Assembly (NCBI GenBank): GCA_903860135.1
Contig: CAIOPG010000014.1
Coordinates: 23,180 to 87,179 of the forward strand
DNA length: 64,000 nucleotides
Direction of reading: 5' to 3'
Source of the DNA: Candidatus Omnitrophota bacterium
Lineage (GTDB): Bacteria; Omnitrophota; Gorgyraeia; Zapsychrales; Fredricksoniimonadaceae
The position numbers and the translations under genes were made by a program. Below are positions 18,851 to 29,037 of this stretch, one piece after another. Every line of letters begins with the position of its first letter. Within the stretch, counting starts at the first letter, position 1. The notes beneath the pieces were generated by a model that searched no databases, was not told where the DNA came from, and saw only the letters and a program-made list of their open reading frames with translations.

Positions 18851-21328
18851 TCACACCACAATGCTCACCAGCTTATTAGGAATCACAATGAACTTCCTGA
18901 CCTCTTTGCCGGCGATATGACGCTGGACAGCTTCATCAGCGAGGACGAGCGGGCGAAGGAGTTTTTCATCGGCGTCGCGCGGGACCACGAACTCGGCGCG
19001 CACCTTGCCATTGACCTGGGCGGCGATCCTGACCGTATCGGTCCTGAGCGCATCCTCGACATAGACCGGCCACGGGATAAAGGCAATGGATGTGACCGCC
19101 TTACCCATCATCTGCCAAAGCTCTTCGGCGGCATGCGGGATAAAGGGCGCTAAAAGAAGAACAGCGGTCTCAAGGGCTTCGTTGAGAATGGACTGCTTAT
19201 ACTGAATATCAATAGAGAATTTATATTTATCTACCGCGTTCATCAGAACCATCACCGCCGAGATCGCGGTATTGAACTTGAACCCGCCCTCCATGCTTTC
19301 CGTGACTTTCTTGACGGCCGTATGCCGTTCAAACTGCAACACTTTATCATCAGCGTCCATCACAGCACCCGCGGCGACATTGGTAGCCTTGTAACGCGTT
19401 TCCACAGCTCCCCAGACGCGATTAATAAACTTCCAGCTTCCCTCAAGCCCCGACGGATTCCATTCGAGCTGATCTTCCGGCGGGGCGACAAACAAAATAA
19501 ATAGACGCAAGGTGTCAGCGCCGAAACGGGCAATGACCTCGTCGGGATCAACGATGTTCCCGCGCGATTTGGACATGACCTCGCCGTCTTTTAATACCAT
19601 CCCCTGCGTCAACAGGCGGTCAAAGGGTTCATCGACCGCAACCAGGCCGATATCCCGGAGGAATTTCGTGAAGAACCTGGAATACAGCAAATGCAAGATC
19701 GCATGCTCGATGCCGCCGACATACTGATCAACGGGCATCCAGTAGGCCGCTTCTTTCACATCGAAGATTTCTTTATCATTATGCGCTGAGCAATAACGCA
19801 GGAAATACCATGACGAATCAAAGAATGTGGCCATCGTATCCGTCTCACGGCGCGCCGCTTTGCCGCACGCCGGGCATGCCACTTCAACGAAAGCCTTGAC
19901 CTTGGCCAAAGGACTGCCACCCTCCCCGGTGATCGGCGCATCGACCGGCAGTCGGACCGGCAATTGATCCACAGGCACCGGCACCACCCCGCACGCCGGG
20001 CAATAGATCATGGGGATCGGCGTACCCCAATAACGCTGACGGGAAATAAGCCAGTCGCGCAAGCGCCAGTGAACACTCACCCGCCCCATGCCCTTATCGC
20101 TCATCCAGGCCGCGATCTTGCCCTTAGCTTCCTCATTGGGTATGCCATCAAAATCACCCGAACCCGTCAACTTGCCCTCGCTCTCATGGGCCGCAGACAT
20201 TTGCTCCGGCGTCATACCCGGATGCGTCGCATCTTCAATCACCACCCGCATCGCCAGGCCATGCGCCCGCGCAAATTCAAAGTCACGCTGGTCATGCGTC
20301 GGGACCGCCATGATCGCACCCGTGCCATAAGCCATGAGGACATAATCCCCGATCCACACCGGGATCGTTGCCCCATTGACCGGATTAACCGCATATGCCC
20401 CCGTAAAAACACCTTCCTTGCGCTCCTCGCCGGACATGCGCGGTGATTTTGAAACCTGAATAGATTTGTCAATGAACGCCGTCACCGCCGCTTCCTGGGC
20501 AGTACCCAACGATAACTTGCGTGCCAGAGGATGCTCGGGTGCCAGCGTCACATACGTTGCCCCGAAAATAGTATCCGGGCGCGTCGTGAAGACCGTGATC
20601 ACATCGTCCCCGCCCTTGACCTTGAAAAATATCTCACAACCGTAACTCTTGCCGATCCAGTTTTCCTGCATGGCCACCACACGGGCAGGCCAATTATTTA
20701 GTGTCTTTAAATCCGCAAGAAGCTCCTCGGCATAATGCGTGATCTTCAGATACCACTGGTTCAGGTCTTTCTGAACAACCGCTTCTTTGCAACGCCAGCA
20801 GGCGCCGTCGATGACTTCTTCATTGGCCAGCGTCGTTGCACAGGACGGGCACCAGTTGACCGGCGAGCTTTTCTTGTACGCCAGCCCTTGCTCGACCATC
20901 TTCAAGAATATCCACTGGTTCCATTTATAATAGGTATCATCACACGTCGCGAACTCACGGTCCCAGTCATACGAAAAACCCATCTTCCGCAATCCCGCAC
21001 GCATGTCATCGATGCACTTGTACGTCCATTCCGACGGCGATGTGTTGCGTTTTATCGCCGCGTTCTCGGCCGGCTGGCCAAAGGCGTCATAGCCCATCGG
21101 ATGCAGGACATTGTGCCCGCGCATCATCTTGTACCGCGCGATAACATCCGTGATCGTATAATTACGCACATGCCCCATGTGGATCTTCCCCGACGGATAA
21201 GGGAACATCTCAAGGACATAATATTTCTTTTTAGCGGGATCCGGCACGGCCCTGAAAATCTTGTTCACTGCCCAGTAAGCCTGCCATTTTTCTTCAACAC
21301 GCCTGATATCATTGGTTGTATACGGCAT
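18851..21328 (-). CDS. leuS: Leucine--tRNA ligase
   Basis: MFPYPSG..HMGH, DW.ISRQRYWG, GG.EHA..HLLY.RF, VMSKS. Confidence 0.99.
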   Translation of the reverse strand: MPYTTNDIRRVEEKWQAYWAVNKIFRAVPDPAKKKYYVLEMFPYPSGKIHMGHVRNYTITDVIARYKMMRGHNVLHPMGYDAFGQPAENAAIKRNTSPSEWTYKCIDDMRAGLRKMGFSYDWDREFATCDDTYYKWNQWIFLKMVEQGLAYKKSSPVNWCPSCATTLANEEVIDGACWRCKEAVVQKDLNQWYLKITHYAEELLADLKTLNNWPARVVAMQENWIGKSYGCEIFFKVKGGDDVITVFTTRPDTIFGATYVTLAPEHPLARKLSLGTAQEAAVTAFIDKSIQVSKSPRMSGEERKEGVFTGAYAVNPVNGATIPVWIGDYVLMAYGTGAIMAVPTHDQRDFEFARAHGLAMRVVIEDATHPGMTPEQMSAAHESEGKLTGSGDFDGIPNEEAKGKIAAWMSDKGMGRVSVHWRLRDWLISRQRYWGTPIPMIYCPACGVVPVPVDQLPVRLPVDAPITGEGGSPLAKVKAFVEVACPACGKAARRETDTMATFFDSSWYFLRYCSAHNDKEIFDVKEAAYWMPVDQYVGGIEHAILHLLYSRFFTKFLRDIGLVAVDEPFDRLLTQGMVLKDGEVMSKSRGNIVDPDEVIARFGADTLRLFILFVAPPEDQLEWNPSGLEGSWKFINRVWGAVETRYKATNVAAGAVMDADDKVLQFERHTAVKKVTESMEGGFKFNTAISAVMVLMNAVDKYKFSIDIQYKQSILNEALETAVLLLAPFIPHAAEELWQMMGKAVTSIAFIPWPVYVEDALRTDTVRIAAQVNGKVRAEFVVPRDADEKLLRPLVLADEAVQRHIAGKEVRKFIVIPNKLVSIVV

Positions 21329-21335
21329 ACGATCC

Positions 21336-21881
21336 TTAGATTGAATTGATACAATAAAGTCGATTATCATCGAGTTTATAATAAAATGGCGCGACCTTCA
21401 CCTTCGGGTAACGCTTGCGCAGGCGCTGGGCCTCGCTGTAAACGAACTCGATCCCGTTCTCAATCTCGTGCATGAGCGCGAGGTTCATGAAATGTTCCTG
21501 CGCCCGTTCGCGCGTCCAGCCCGCCCTTTCGACAAGGCCGTCGATAAATTCCTGTTTGCGCGCCACAATATTGACCATGCCGCAATTGGTGTGCGCAATG
21601 AGCGCAATATGCCCGACCTTGCCGACGGCAATGGCATACGAAACCTTGAACTCACTGTAACGCAAATTTGCCCCGCCCGAACGGATGATAAACGCAAAAT
21701 TATCCGGCATATGCAGGTGCTTGCGATTATCCATGCACATCCCGATCAACAGCTTGGCCTCGGCATAAGTCTCAAACTTGCGGTCAAGGTTATGATACTC
21801 CAGCAAGTCCGCAAAAGGCGTCCGGCGCATTGCCGCAGGGATATCTTTTTTGGTATTTACAGGAACAAGTTTTAATTGCAT
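21336..21881 (-). CDS. Beta-class carbonic anhydrase-like protein
   Basis: CMDNR and HTNCGM zinc-binding motifs. Confidence 0.8.
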   Translation of the reverse strand: MQLKLVPVNTKKDIPAAMRRTPFADLLEYHNLDRKFETYAEAKLLIGMCMDNRKHLHMPDNFAFIIRSGGANLRYSEFKVSYAIAVGKVGHIALIAHTNCGMVNIVARKQEFIDGLVERAGWTRERAQEHFMNLALMHEIENGIEFVYSEAQRLRKRYPKVKVAPFYYKLDDNRLYCINSI

Positions 21882-21900
21882 ACATACCCTTTTGGAATTG

Positions 21901-22098
21901 TTAAAAACTCGACAGCACAAATGCCGCCAGGATAATGATCCCCACCGTCACCCACACCCATTTCATCCCCGCACTGCGCATAACCCCCAACACCCCGCCC
22001 GATGAATGACGGTTCAAGCTGTTGCCGCAAAAATGACACAACAACGCATCTTCGTCATAAACCGAATTCTTGCAGTGAGGGCAAATGATGTCGGACAT
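21901..22098 (-). CDS. Small zinc-ribbon membrane protein
   Basis: CPHC...CHFC followed by a C-terminal TM helix. Confidence 0.7.
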   Translation of the reverse strand: MSDIICPHCKNSVYDEDALLCHFCGNSLNRHSSGGVLGVMRSAGMKWVWVTVGIIILAAFVLSSF

Positions 22099-22167
22099 GG
22101 GGGGTATATTAGCATACCAATAGAGGAACGGACAAGCTAAACCAACGTCAATATAGGACGACGACAA

Positions 22168-23250
22168 CTATGAGCGGAATTTCTTCCAACTGAAGATAAT
22201 ACACCCCGCCATCACCCCACTCGAAATATAATTAACCCATACCGGCATCCCGGCCATATGGTGCGGGAGCATGAAGAGCGTTCCGGGTGTTCCCCAAAAC
22301 CCCCATGCCACGTTGAAAAGGGCGCCCATGGCCAGTGCCGCCAGCGCAAGGGACACCATAAAGATGAGCATGGACTTGATGCCAAATTCCCGGGCCATGA
22401 CAGCAAAAGAAACCGCATTCGTCGCCGGCCCCGTGATCAGAAATACAAAAGCAGCACCCGGATTAAGGCCCTTCATCATCAGGGCCGCCACAACAGGGAT
22501 AGAACCGGTAGAACACACATACATCGGGATGCCAATGACCAGCATGATCAGCATGGACAACCAGGGTTTGCCGAGATAATGCTCAACCAGTGACGCCGGC
22601 ACAAAATATGTGATCACCCCACCAATAAAAATGCCCAGCACGATGGAGCGACCGGAATCTTTCAGGAGGTCATAAAAACCATACTGCAGGGCCTGGCGTA
22701 ACTTCGCCCCCACGCTCGCCTTGTGCGCCGCGCAGCAGGCCTTTTCCTCAGGAGGCTTCTCCGCGCAACAACAGCCATCCGCCTCAGTCCCTTCTTTTTC
22801 ACCGTCACGACGAACATCCGGCACCAGCAGCGCAGCCGCCCCCACGATCATGGCCACCAGGAATGTCGCCAGCACACGAAACCCCGCAAAGAATCCGCCG
22901 AGCAACGCGAATGTTGCCAGGATTGAATCCACCCCCGTTGTCGGCGTTGATATCATAAATGAACACAAGGCCGCCTTCGATGCGCCCTGCTTCCTTAATC
23001 CTAGCATCATCGGAATCACGCCGCACGAGCACACCGGCAAGGGTATCCCCAACAACGACGCCTTAATGATCGCCTTAAAATCATGCCGCCCCAAATGCCG
23101 CGCCACCAGATCTTCGCGCAAAAAGACCTTGAGCAGTCCCGCCGCCAGGAAGCCAAAAACCAGGTACGGCGACATGTCATTAATAAGCCCAAGTGAAGCC
23201 GTCATGAGACCGGTGAATGTATGCACAATAACCTCCTGGAAGTAATGCAT
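22168..23250 (-). CDS. DUF318/SO_0444-like permease, putative metal efflux
   Basis: P.CSCGV.P, TP.TGVDS, Cys-rich loop, P.YVC.TGS.P, GPATN. Confidence 0.88.
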   Translation of the reverse strand: MHYFQEVIVHTFTGLMTASLGLINDMSPYLVFGFLAAGLLKVFLREDLVARHLGRHDFKAIIKASLLGIPLPVCSCGVIPMMLGLRKQGASKAALCSFMISTPTTGVDSILATFALLGGFFAGFRVLATFLVAMIVGAAALLVPDVRRDGEKEGTEADGCCCAEKPPEEKACCAAHKASVGAKLRQALQYGFYDLLKDSGRSIVLGIFIGGVITYFVPASLVEHYLGKPWLSMLIMLVIGIPMYVCSTGSIPVVAALMMKGLNPGAAFVFLITGPATNAVSFAVMAREFGIKSMLIFMVSLALAALAMGALFNVAWGFWGTPGTLFMLPHHMAGMPVWVNYISSGVMAGCIIFSWKKFRS

Positions 23251-23299
23251 AACTATAACACAACTATCCCAGATGAAAAATAGAATGGATGGCAACACT

Positions 23300-23336
23300 A
23301 ATAAAAAAACCTGGCTTTAGGCCAGGCTTTTTTATT
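23300..23336. terminator. Bidirectional intrinsic terminator after tRNA-Asp
   Basis: AAAAAAA-CCTGGC-tttag-GCCAGG-CTTTTTT. Confidence 0.75.
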
Positions 23337-23338
23337 AA

Positions 23339-23415
23339 TGGCGGGGTCGACGGGACTTGAACCCGCGATCTCCAGCGTGACAAGCTGATATGTTAACCAA
23401 CTACACCACGACCCC
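23339..23415 (-). tRNA. tRNA-Asp(GTC)
   Basis: GGGGTCG acceptor stem, TCAGC-TT-GTC-AC-GCTGG anticodon arm, GTTCAA, CCA end. Confidence 0.97.
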
Positions 23416-23501
23416 ATAAAGTGCTTGAAAGTGAAGCTAGTTTAGCGGTGGATATTTTCTTTGTCAAACAATTTCTCGGATCCGCCAGCTAAATTAAAAA
23501 A

Positions 23502-23575
23502 TGGTCGGTGCAGGGCTCGAACCTGCGGCCTGTTGAATGTAAATCAACTGCTCTAACCAACTGAGCTAACCGACC
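23502..23575 (-). tRNA. tRNA-Val(TAC)
   Basis: GGTCGGT/ACCGACC acceptor stem, GTTGA-TT-TAC-AT-TCAAC, GTTCGA; CCA not encoded. Confidence 0.95.
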
Positions 23576-23598
23576 AAAATTTTCAGATGTGTATTGTA

Positions 23599-24351
23599 TC
23601 AGACACTGGCGATCTCGTCCAGAATTGACTTTGCCGCGGCCTTGGGGTCTTTGGCTTTAACAATAGGCCGTCCGATAACAAGGTAGCTTGAACCATTCCT
23701 GATCGCTGCTGACGGCGTCTCTACCCGTTTCTGGTCACCGGCATCCGCCTCAGCCGGTCTGATCCCCGGCGTCACGATCACAAAATCCTTACCCATCTGC
23801 CGGCGCAGCGCCGCCGCTTCCTGGGCCGATGCCACCACGCCGTCAAGCCCGGCTTCTTGCGCCTGCCTGGCACGCGCAAGCACCAGGGCCGGCACATCCA
23901 CACCGCCCGCATCGCTGGTCAAGACCGTCACGCCGACGATCAGAGGACGCGCTACACCCAATTCCTGACTGCGTTTCTTTGCCGCTTCGGCCGCCGCTCG
24001 CATCATCTCAACCCCGCCCTGGGTATGCACCGTGAGCATGAATAATGGCGCGAAACGCTTATCCTTGTTACCGGATGCATCAAGCGGATCATGCATTGGC
24101 ACGCTCAGCCCGACAGCCGATGCCACACCACTGGCTACCGTATTAGGAATGTCATGGAATTTCAGATCCAGAAAAACCTTTTTCCCCTGTGCCTGAAGAT
24201 AGCGCACCATGAACGGCCCATACGCCGTAAACAGCTGAAACCCGACCTTGTACACCTCCACGGCATCACCCAGCGTTTCAACAATCACCCGCGCCTCTTC
24301 AAACGTCGGCACATCCAGCGCCAGGATCAATTTCCCTTTAACGTCTTTCAT
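23599..24351 (-). CDS. pyrF: Orotidine-5'-phosphate decarboxylase
   Basis: LILALD, FLDLKFHDIPNTV, VTPGIRP, DQKR, GRPI. Confidence 0.97.
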   Translation of the reverse strand: MKDVKGKLILALDVPTFEEARVIVETLGDAVEVYKVGFQLFTAYGPFMVRYLQAQGKKVFLDLKFHDIPNTVASGVASAVGLSVPMHDPLDASGNKDKRFAPLFMLTVHTQGGVEMMRAAAEAAKKRSQELGVARPLIVGVTVLTSDAGGVDVPALVLARARQAQEAGLDGVVASAQEAAALRRQMGKDFVIVTPGIRPAEADAGDQKRVETPSAAIRNGSSYLVIGRPIVKAKDPKAAAKSILDEIASV

Positions 24352-25253
24352 CTTTGTATACTCCCAATAAGTTCCCGGATATCCGTCATCTTGTTTTCTT
24401 TCATATACACCCGGATACCCTCGAGGATTTCCAGGGGGGCGCGCGGATTGATGAAATTGTAAGTGCCGACGGCGACCATGGTGGCGCCGGCGATCAGGAA
24501 TTCAAGAGCATCGTTAGTGCAGGTGATGCCGCCCATGCCGATGATGGGGATCTTAACACGGGCAGCGGTTTCACAGACCATGCGCACGGCGATCGGGCGT
24601 ATGGCAGGACCGGAAAGGCCACCGGTGAAGTTGCCGATCTTTGACCGGCGCTTTTTAACATCAATGGCCATGGCCGCGAAGGTATTGACCATGCTTAGGG
24701 CGTCGGCGCCGGAAGACTCCGCCGCGAGGGCAATATCAACAATGCTCGTCACATTGGGCGACAATTTGGCGATCAGCGGATACCGTGTCACAGCTTTCAC
24801 CTGACGGATCACCGCCGCCGTGGCCTCGGCATCTTGGGCGACCAGGACTTTTTTCTGCAGGTTCGGGCAGGACAGGTTCAGCTCAACCGCCGCCACCCCG
24901 TCGGCCACATTCAACTTCTCGGCCATGAGCACAAAATCCTCCGCGCTGTGGGCTGAAATGCTCACGATCAGCGGCACGCCGATCTTTTTGAGCTTGGGCA
25001 ATTTTGTGGCGATAAAAGCATCGATCCCGGGATTCTCGATGCCGATGGCATTGATCATGCCCGCGGCAACTTCGCACATACGTCGGGGCGGATTGCCCTG
25101 CTGGGCATGGAGCGTCACGGTCTTGGGAACGATCGCACCCAGACAACGCACTTCTTTGGCCTGATACATTTCTTCACTGTGGCCGAACGTGCCCGAGGCA
25201 ACGGTCACAGGATTCGCCAACACAACATTACCGATCTTGACAGAAATATTCAT
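24348..25253 (-). CDS. pyrD: Dihydroorotate dehydrogenase B, catalytic subunit
   Basis: ASGTFG, NAIG..NPG, ELNLSCPN, KLSPNV, GGLSGPAI. Confidence 0.97.
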   Translation of the reverse strand: MNISVKIGNVVLANPVTVASGTFGHSEEMYQAKEVRCLGAIVPKTVTLHAQQGNPPRRMCEVAAGMINAIGIENPGIDAFIATKLPKLKKIGVPLIVSISAHSAEDFVLMAEKLNVADGVAAVELNLSCPNLQKKVLVAQDAEATAAVIRQVKAVTRYPLIAKLSPNVTSIVDIALAAESSGADALSMVNTFAAMAIDVKKRRSKIGNFTGGLSGPAIRPIAVRMVCETAARVKIPIIGMGGITCTNDALEFLIAGATMVAVGTYNFINPRAPLEILEGIRVYMKENKMTDIRELIGSIQR

Positions 25254-26023
25254 CAGAACACCAATTCGTTAAGGCCGAATACCGGCCCGTCGTGGCAGAC
25301 CGTCCGGTACCCGTGCACTGTTGGAATAGAACACCCCAGGCACGCGCCCAGGCCGCACGCCATGACTTCCTCGCACGACGCCTCGCCGCGCAAATCATGC
25401 ACTTTGGCAAAGGCCTGCACCGCCGCCATCATGGGCCGCGGGCCGCAGGTGTAGATCATGGTCGCTGGGGCAAGGCGGATCTCCTTAAAAAGCTCTGATA
25501 CACGCCCTTTCACGCCCACAGATCCGTCATCGGTCGCAGTCAACACCCGAACACCATTCTTTTTAAAGTCCGTCATCGAAAATGTGTGTGCCTTGGAACG
25601 CCCACCGTAAAGGAGTAATTTCTCCGCCTTATGCACCTTGATCCTGTCGGAAAACAGCATGAACGGCGCCGCCCCGATGCCGCCACCGATAAAAACGATC
25701 TGCTTAATCCCTGCCGCCGGTGGCGTGAACGGTTTCCCCAAAGGACCAAGCACATCCAGGGTGTCGCCCCTTTTCTTCGACGTCAATAGGCGCGATCCCT
25801 TGCCCACCGGCTCAAAGAAGATCTCAACGATCCCGTCGTGCGCCCGATATACACTAAACGGCCGACGGAAAAACGGCTCAAATCCTTCCGACACCTTGAT
25901 GTGAATGAATTGCCCCGGCTTAACCACCCTGGCCAACCCCGGCGCTGCAAATGCCAGACGGAAATAAACCGGACTGACCTGCTTGAGCGCGACGACTGGA
26001 TAAGATTTTAATATGTCAGACAT
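25253..26023 (-). CDS. pyrK: Dihydroorotate dehydrogenase electron transfer subunit
   Basis: PGQF, RRPFS, GPLG, GGG.G.AP, CGP, M.CGLG.C.GC, C.DGPVF. Confidence 0.95.
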   Translation of the reverse strand: MSDILKSYPVVALKQVSPVYFRLAFAAPGLARVVKPGQFIHIKVSEGFEPFFRRPFSVYRAHDGIVEIFFEPVGKGSRLLTSKKRGDTLDVLGPLGKPFTPPAAGIKQIVFIGGGIGAAPFMLFSDRIKVHKAEKLLLYGGRSKAHTFSMTDFKKNGVRVLTATDDGSVGVKGRVSELFKEIRLAPATMIYTCGPRPMMAAVQAFAKVHDLRGEASCEEVMACGLGACLGCSIPTVHGYRTVCHDGPVFGLNELVF

Positions 26024-26037
26024 ACAAGATACCTTTG

Positions 26038-26073
26038 CCCCCTCCCCAACCCTCCCCACAGAGGGGGAGGGAG
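26038..26073. repeat. REP-like GC hairpin element between pyrC and pyrK
   Basis: CCCCCTCCCCAA-CCCTCCCC-acagag-GGGGAGGG; single copy seen in window. Confidence 0.5.
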
Positions 26074-26092
26074 TTTTATTTTAGACTGCATA

Positions 26093-27373
26093 TCAATGAA
26101 CATCCTGATAAACCACTTTCCCGCCACAGATAGTCGTGTCGACACAACCTTTGAGGATCCAGCCGATGAAAGGGGAGTTCTTGGATTTTGATACAAAGTC
26201 GTCGCGGCGTACCAGCCATTCTTTTTCAAGATCCATGATAACGATATCCGCATCGCGGCCTTCGGCGATAACACCCTTGCCGGTCAAGCCGATGATGCGT
26301 GCGGGCGCGGCGGATAATTTATCAACAGCTTGCGGCAAGGTGAGAATACCAGGGATCACAAGTTCTTTCATCACAAGGCCGAAAGCAGTTTCAAGGCCGA
26401 TCAGGCCCGGCGGGGCCGCGTCAAAATCAAGTTCCTTGTCTTCCTGGGTGTGCGGGGCGTGATCGGTGGCGATGCAGTCGATCGTGCCGTCCTTAAGGCC
26501 TTCTTTAATGGCGGCCACATCGCGCGCACTGCGCAACGGCGGGGCCACCTTGGTCGCGGTATCAAAACCTTTTACGGCCTCATCGGTCAGACTAAAATGA
26601 TGCGGAGCGGCCTCGGCGGTCACCTTGAGGCCTTCATTCTTCGCCCGGCGGATAAGCTCGACCGAACGCGCGGTGCTGATGTGCATGAAATGCACCGCGG
26701 CCCCCAGATAATGCGCCAACTCAATGTCGCGCGCCACAATGACTGTTTCAGCCACCGTCGGGTCACCCTTTAATCCCAATTTCGTACAGACCAGACTTTC
26801 ATTCATCACCCCGGCCCCGGTCAACGTCGGATCCTGGCAATGCTGCATCACCAAGAGCTCCGCCATACGCGCATATTCGAGTGCCCGGCGCATCAGGCCA
26901 GCGTTCATGACCGCATTGCCGTCGTCGGTCACCGCCAGGCATCCGGCACGTTTTAGATCCATCATTTCGGTCAACTGTTCACCGCCGCGATTCTTGGTGA
27001 TCGCACCGACCGGATAAACATTCACGAGCCCGACCTTCTTCGCCTGATCAAACACAAACTGCACCACCTGCGCGGTATCCATGGCCGGCTTGGTGTTGGG
27101 CATGGCAAAGATCGACGTGAATCCGCCCTTGACCGCCGCGCGGCTGCCCGAAGCAATGGTTTCCTTGTCCTCACGCCCTGGTTCGCGCAAATGCACATGC
27201 AAGTCAATGAATCCCGGCAGGACGGCTTTGCCCGCCGCATCAATGACAACCGACCCTGCACCGGTAAGCCCCTGCCCGATCCTGGTGACCTTGCCGTCTT
27301 CAATGAGAATATCCTTGAGCCCCGGCACTTCTCCGGCGGCATTGATGATCCTGGCATTTCTGATAAGCAACAT
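26093..27373 (-). CDS. pyrC: Dihydroorotase
   Basis: DLHVHLREPG, MPNT.P, ATDHAPH, SKNSPF. Confidence 0.97.
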   Translation of the reverse strand: MLLIRNARIINAAGEVPGLKDILIEDGKVTRIGQGLTGAGSVVIDAAGKAVLPGFIDLHVHLREPGREDKETIASGSRAAVKGGFTSIFAMPNTKPAMDTAQVVQFVFDQAKKVGLVNVYPVGAITKNRGGEQLTEMMDLKRAGCLAVTDDGNAVMNAGLMRRALEYARMAELLVMQHCQDPTLTGAGVMNESLVCTKLGLKGDPTVAETVIVARDIELAHYLGAAVHFMHISTARSVELIRRAKNEGLKVTAEAAPHHFSLTDEAVKGFDTATKVAPPLRSARDVAAIKEGLKDGTIDCIATDHAPHTQEDKELDFDAAPPGLIGLETAFGLVMKELVIPGILTLPQAVDKLSAAPARIIGLTGKGVIAEGRDADIVIMDLEKEWLVRRDDFVSKSKNSPFIGWILKGCVDTTICGGKVVYQDVH

Positions 27374-27393
27374 AGACAACCCTCGATGATGTG

Positions 27394-28886
<1,493 letters not shown>

Positions 28887-28893
28887 CTAAACC

Positions 28894-28996
28894 AAAAATC
28901 CTTCCCCCCGCGGCCGCGGAAAGAAGGATGTTGTTTGCCTCAATCGTTCTTATCTTCATAAGTTCCTTACCGGCCTCACAGAGCCAGCTTAAAGGC
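28894..28996 (-). promoter_or_regulatory. PyrR-binding attenuator leader
   Basis: Minus strand CTTTAAGCTGGCTCTGTGAGGCCGGTAAGG (PyrR loop-like), then terminator ATCCTTCTTTCCGCGGCCGCGGGGGGAAGGAT-TTTT. Confidence 0.85.
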
Positions 28997-29037
28997 GTTT
29001 AAAGCTGAAAGAACTATACACGGCTACCGGATGGTTG

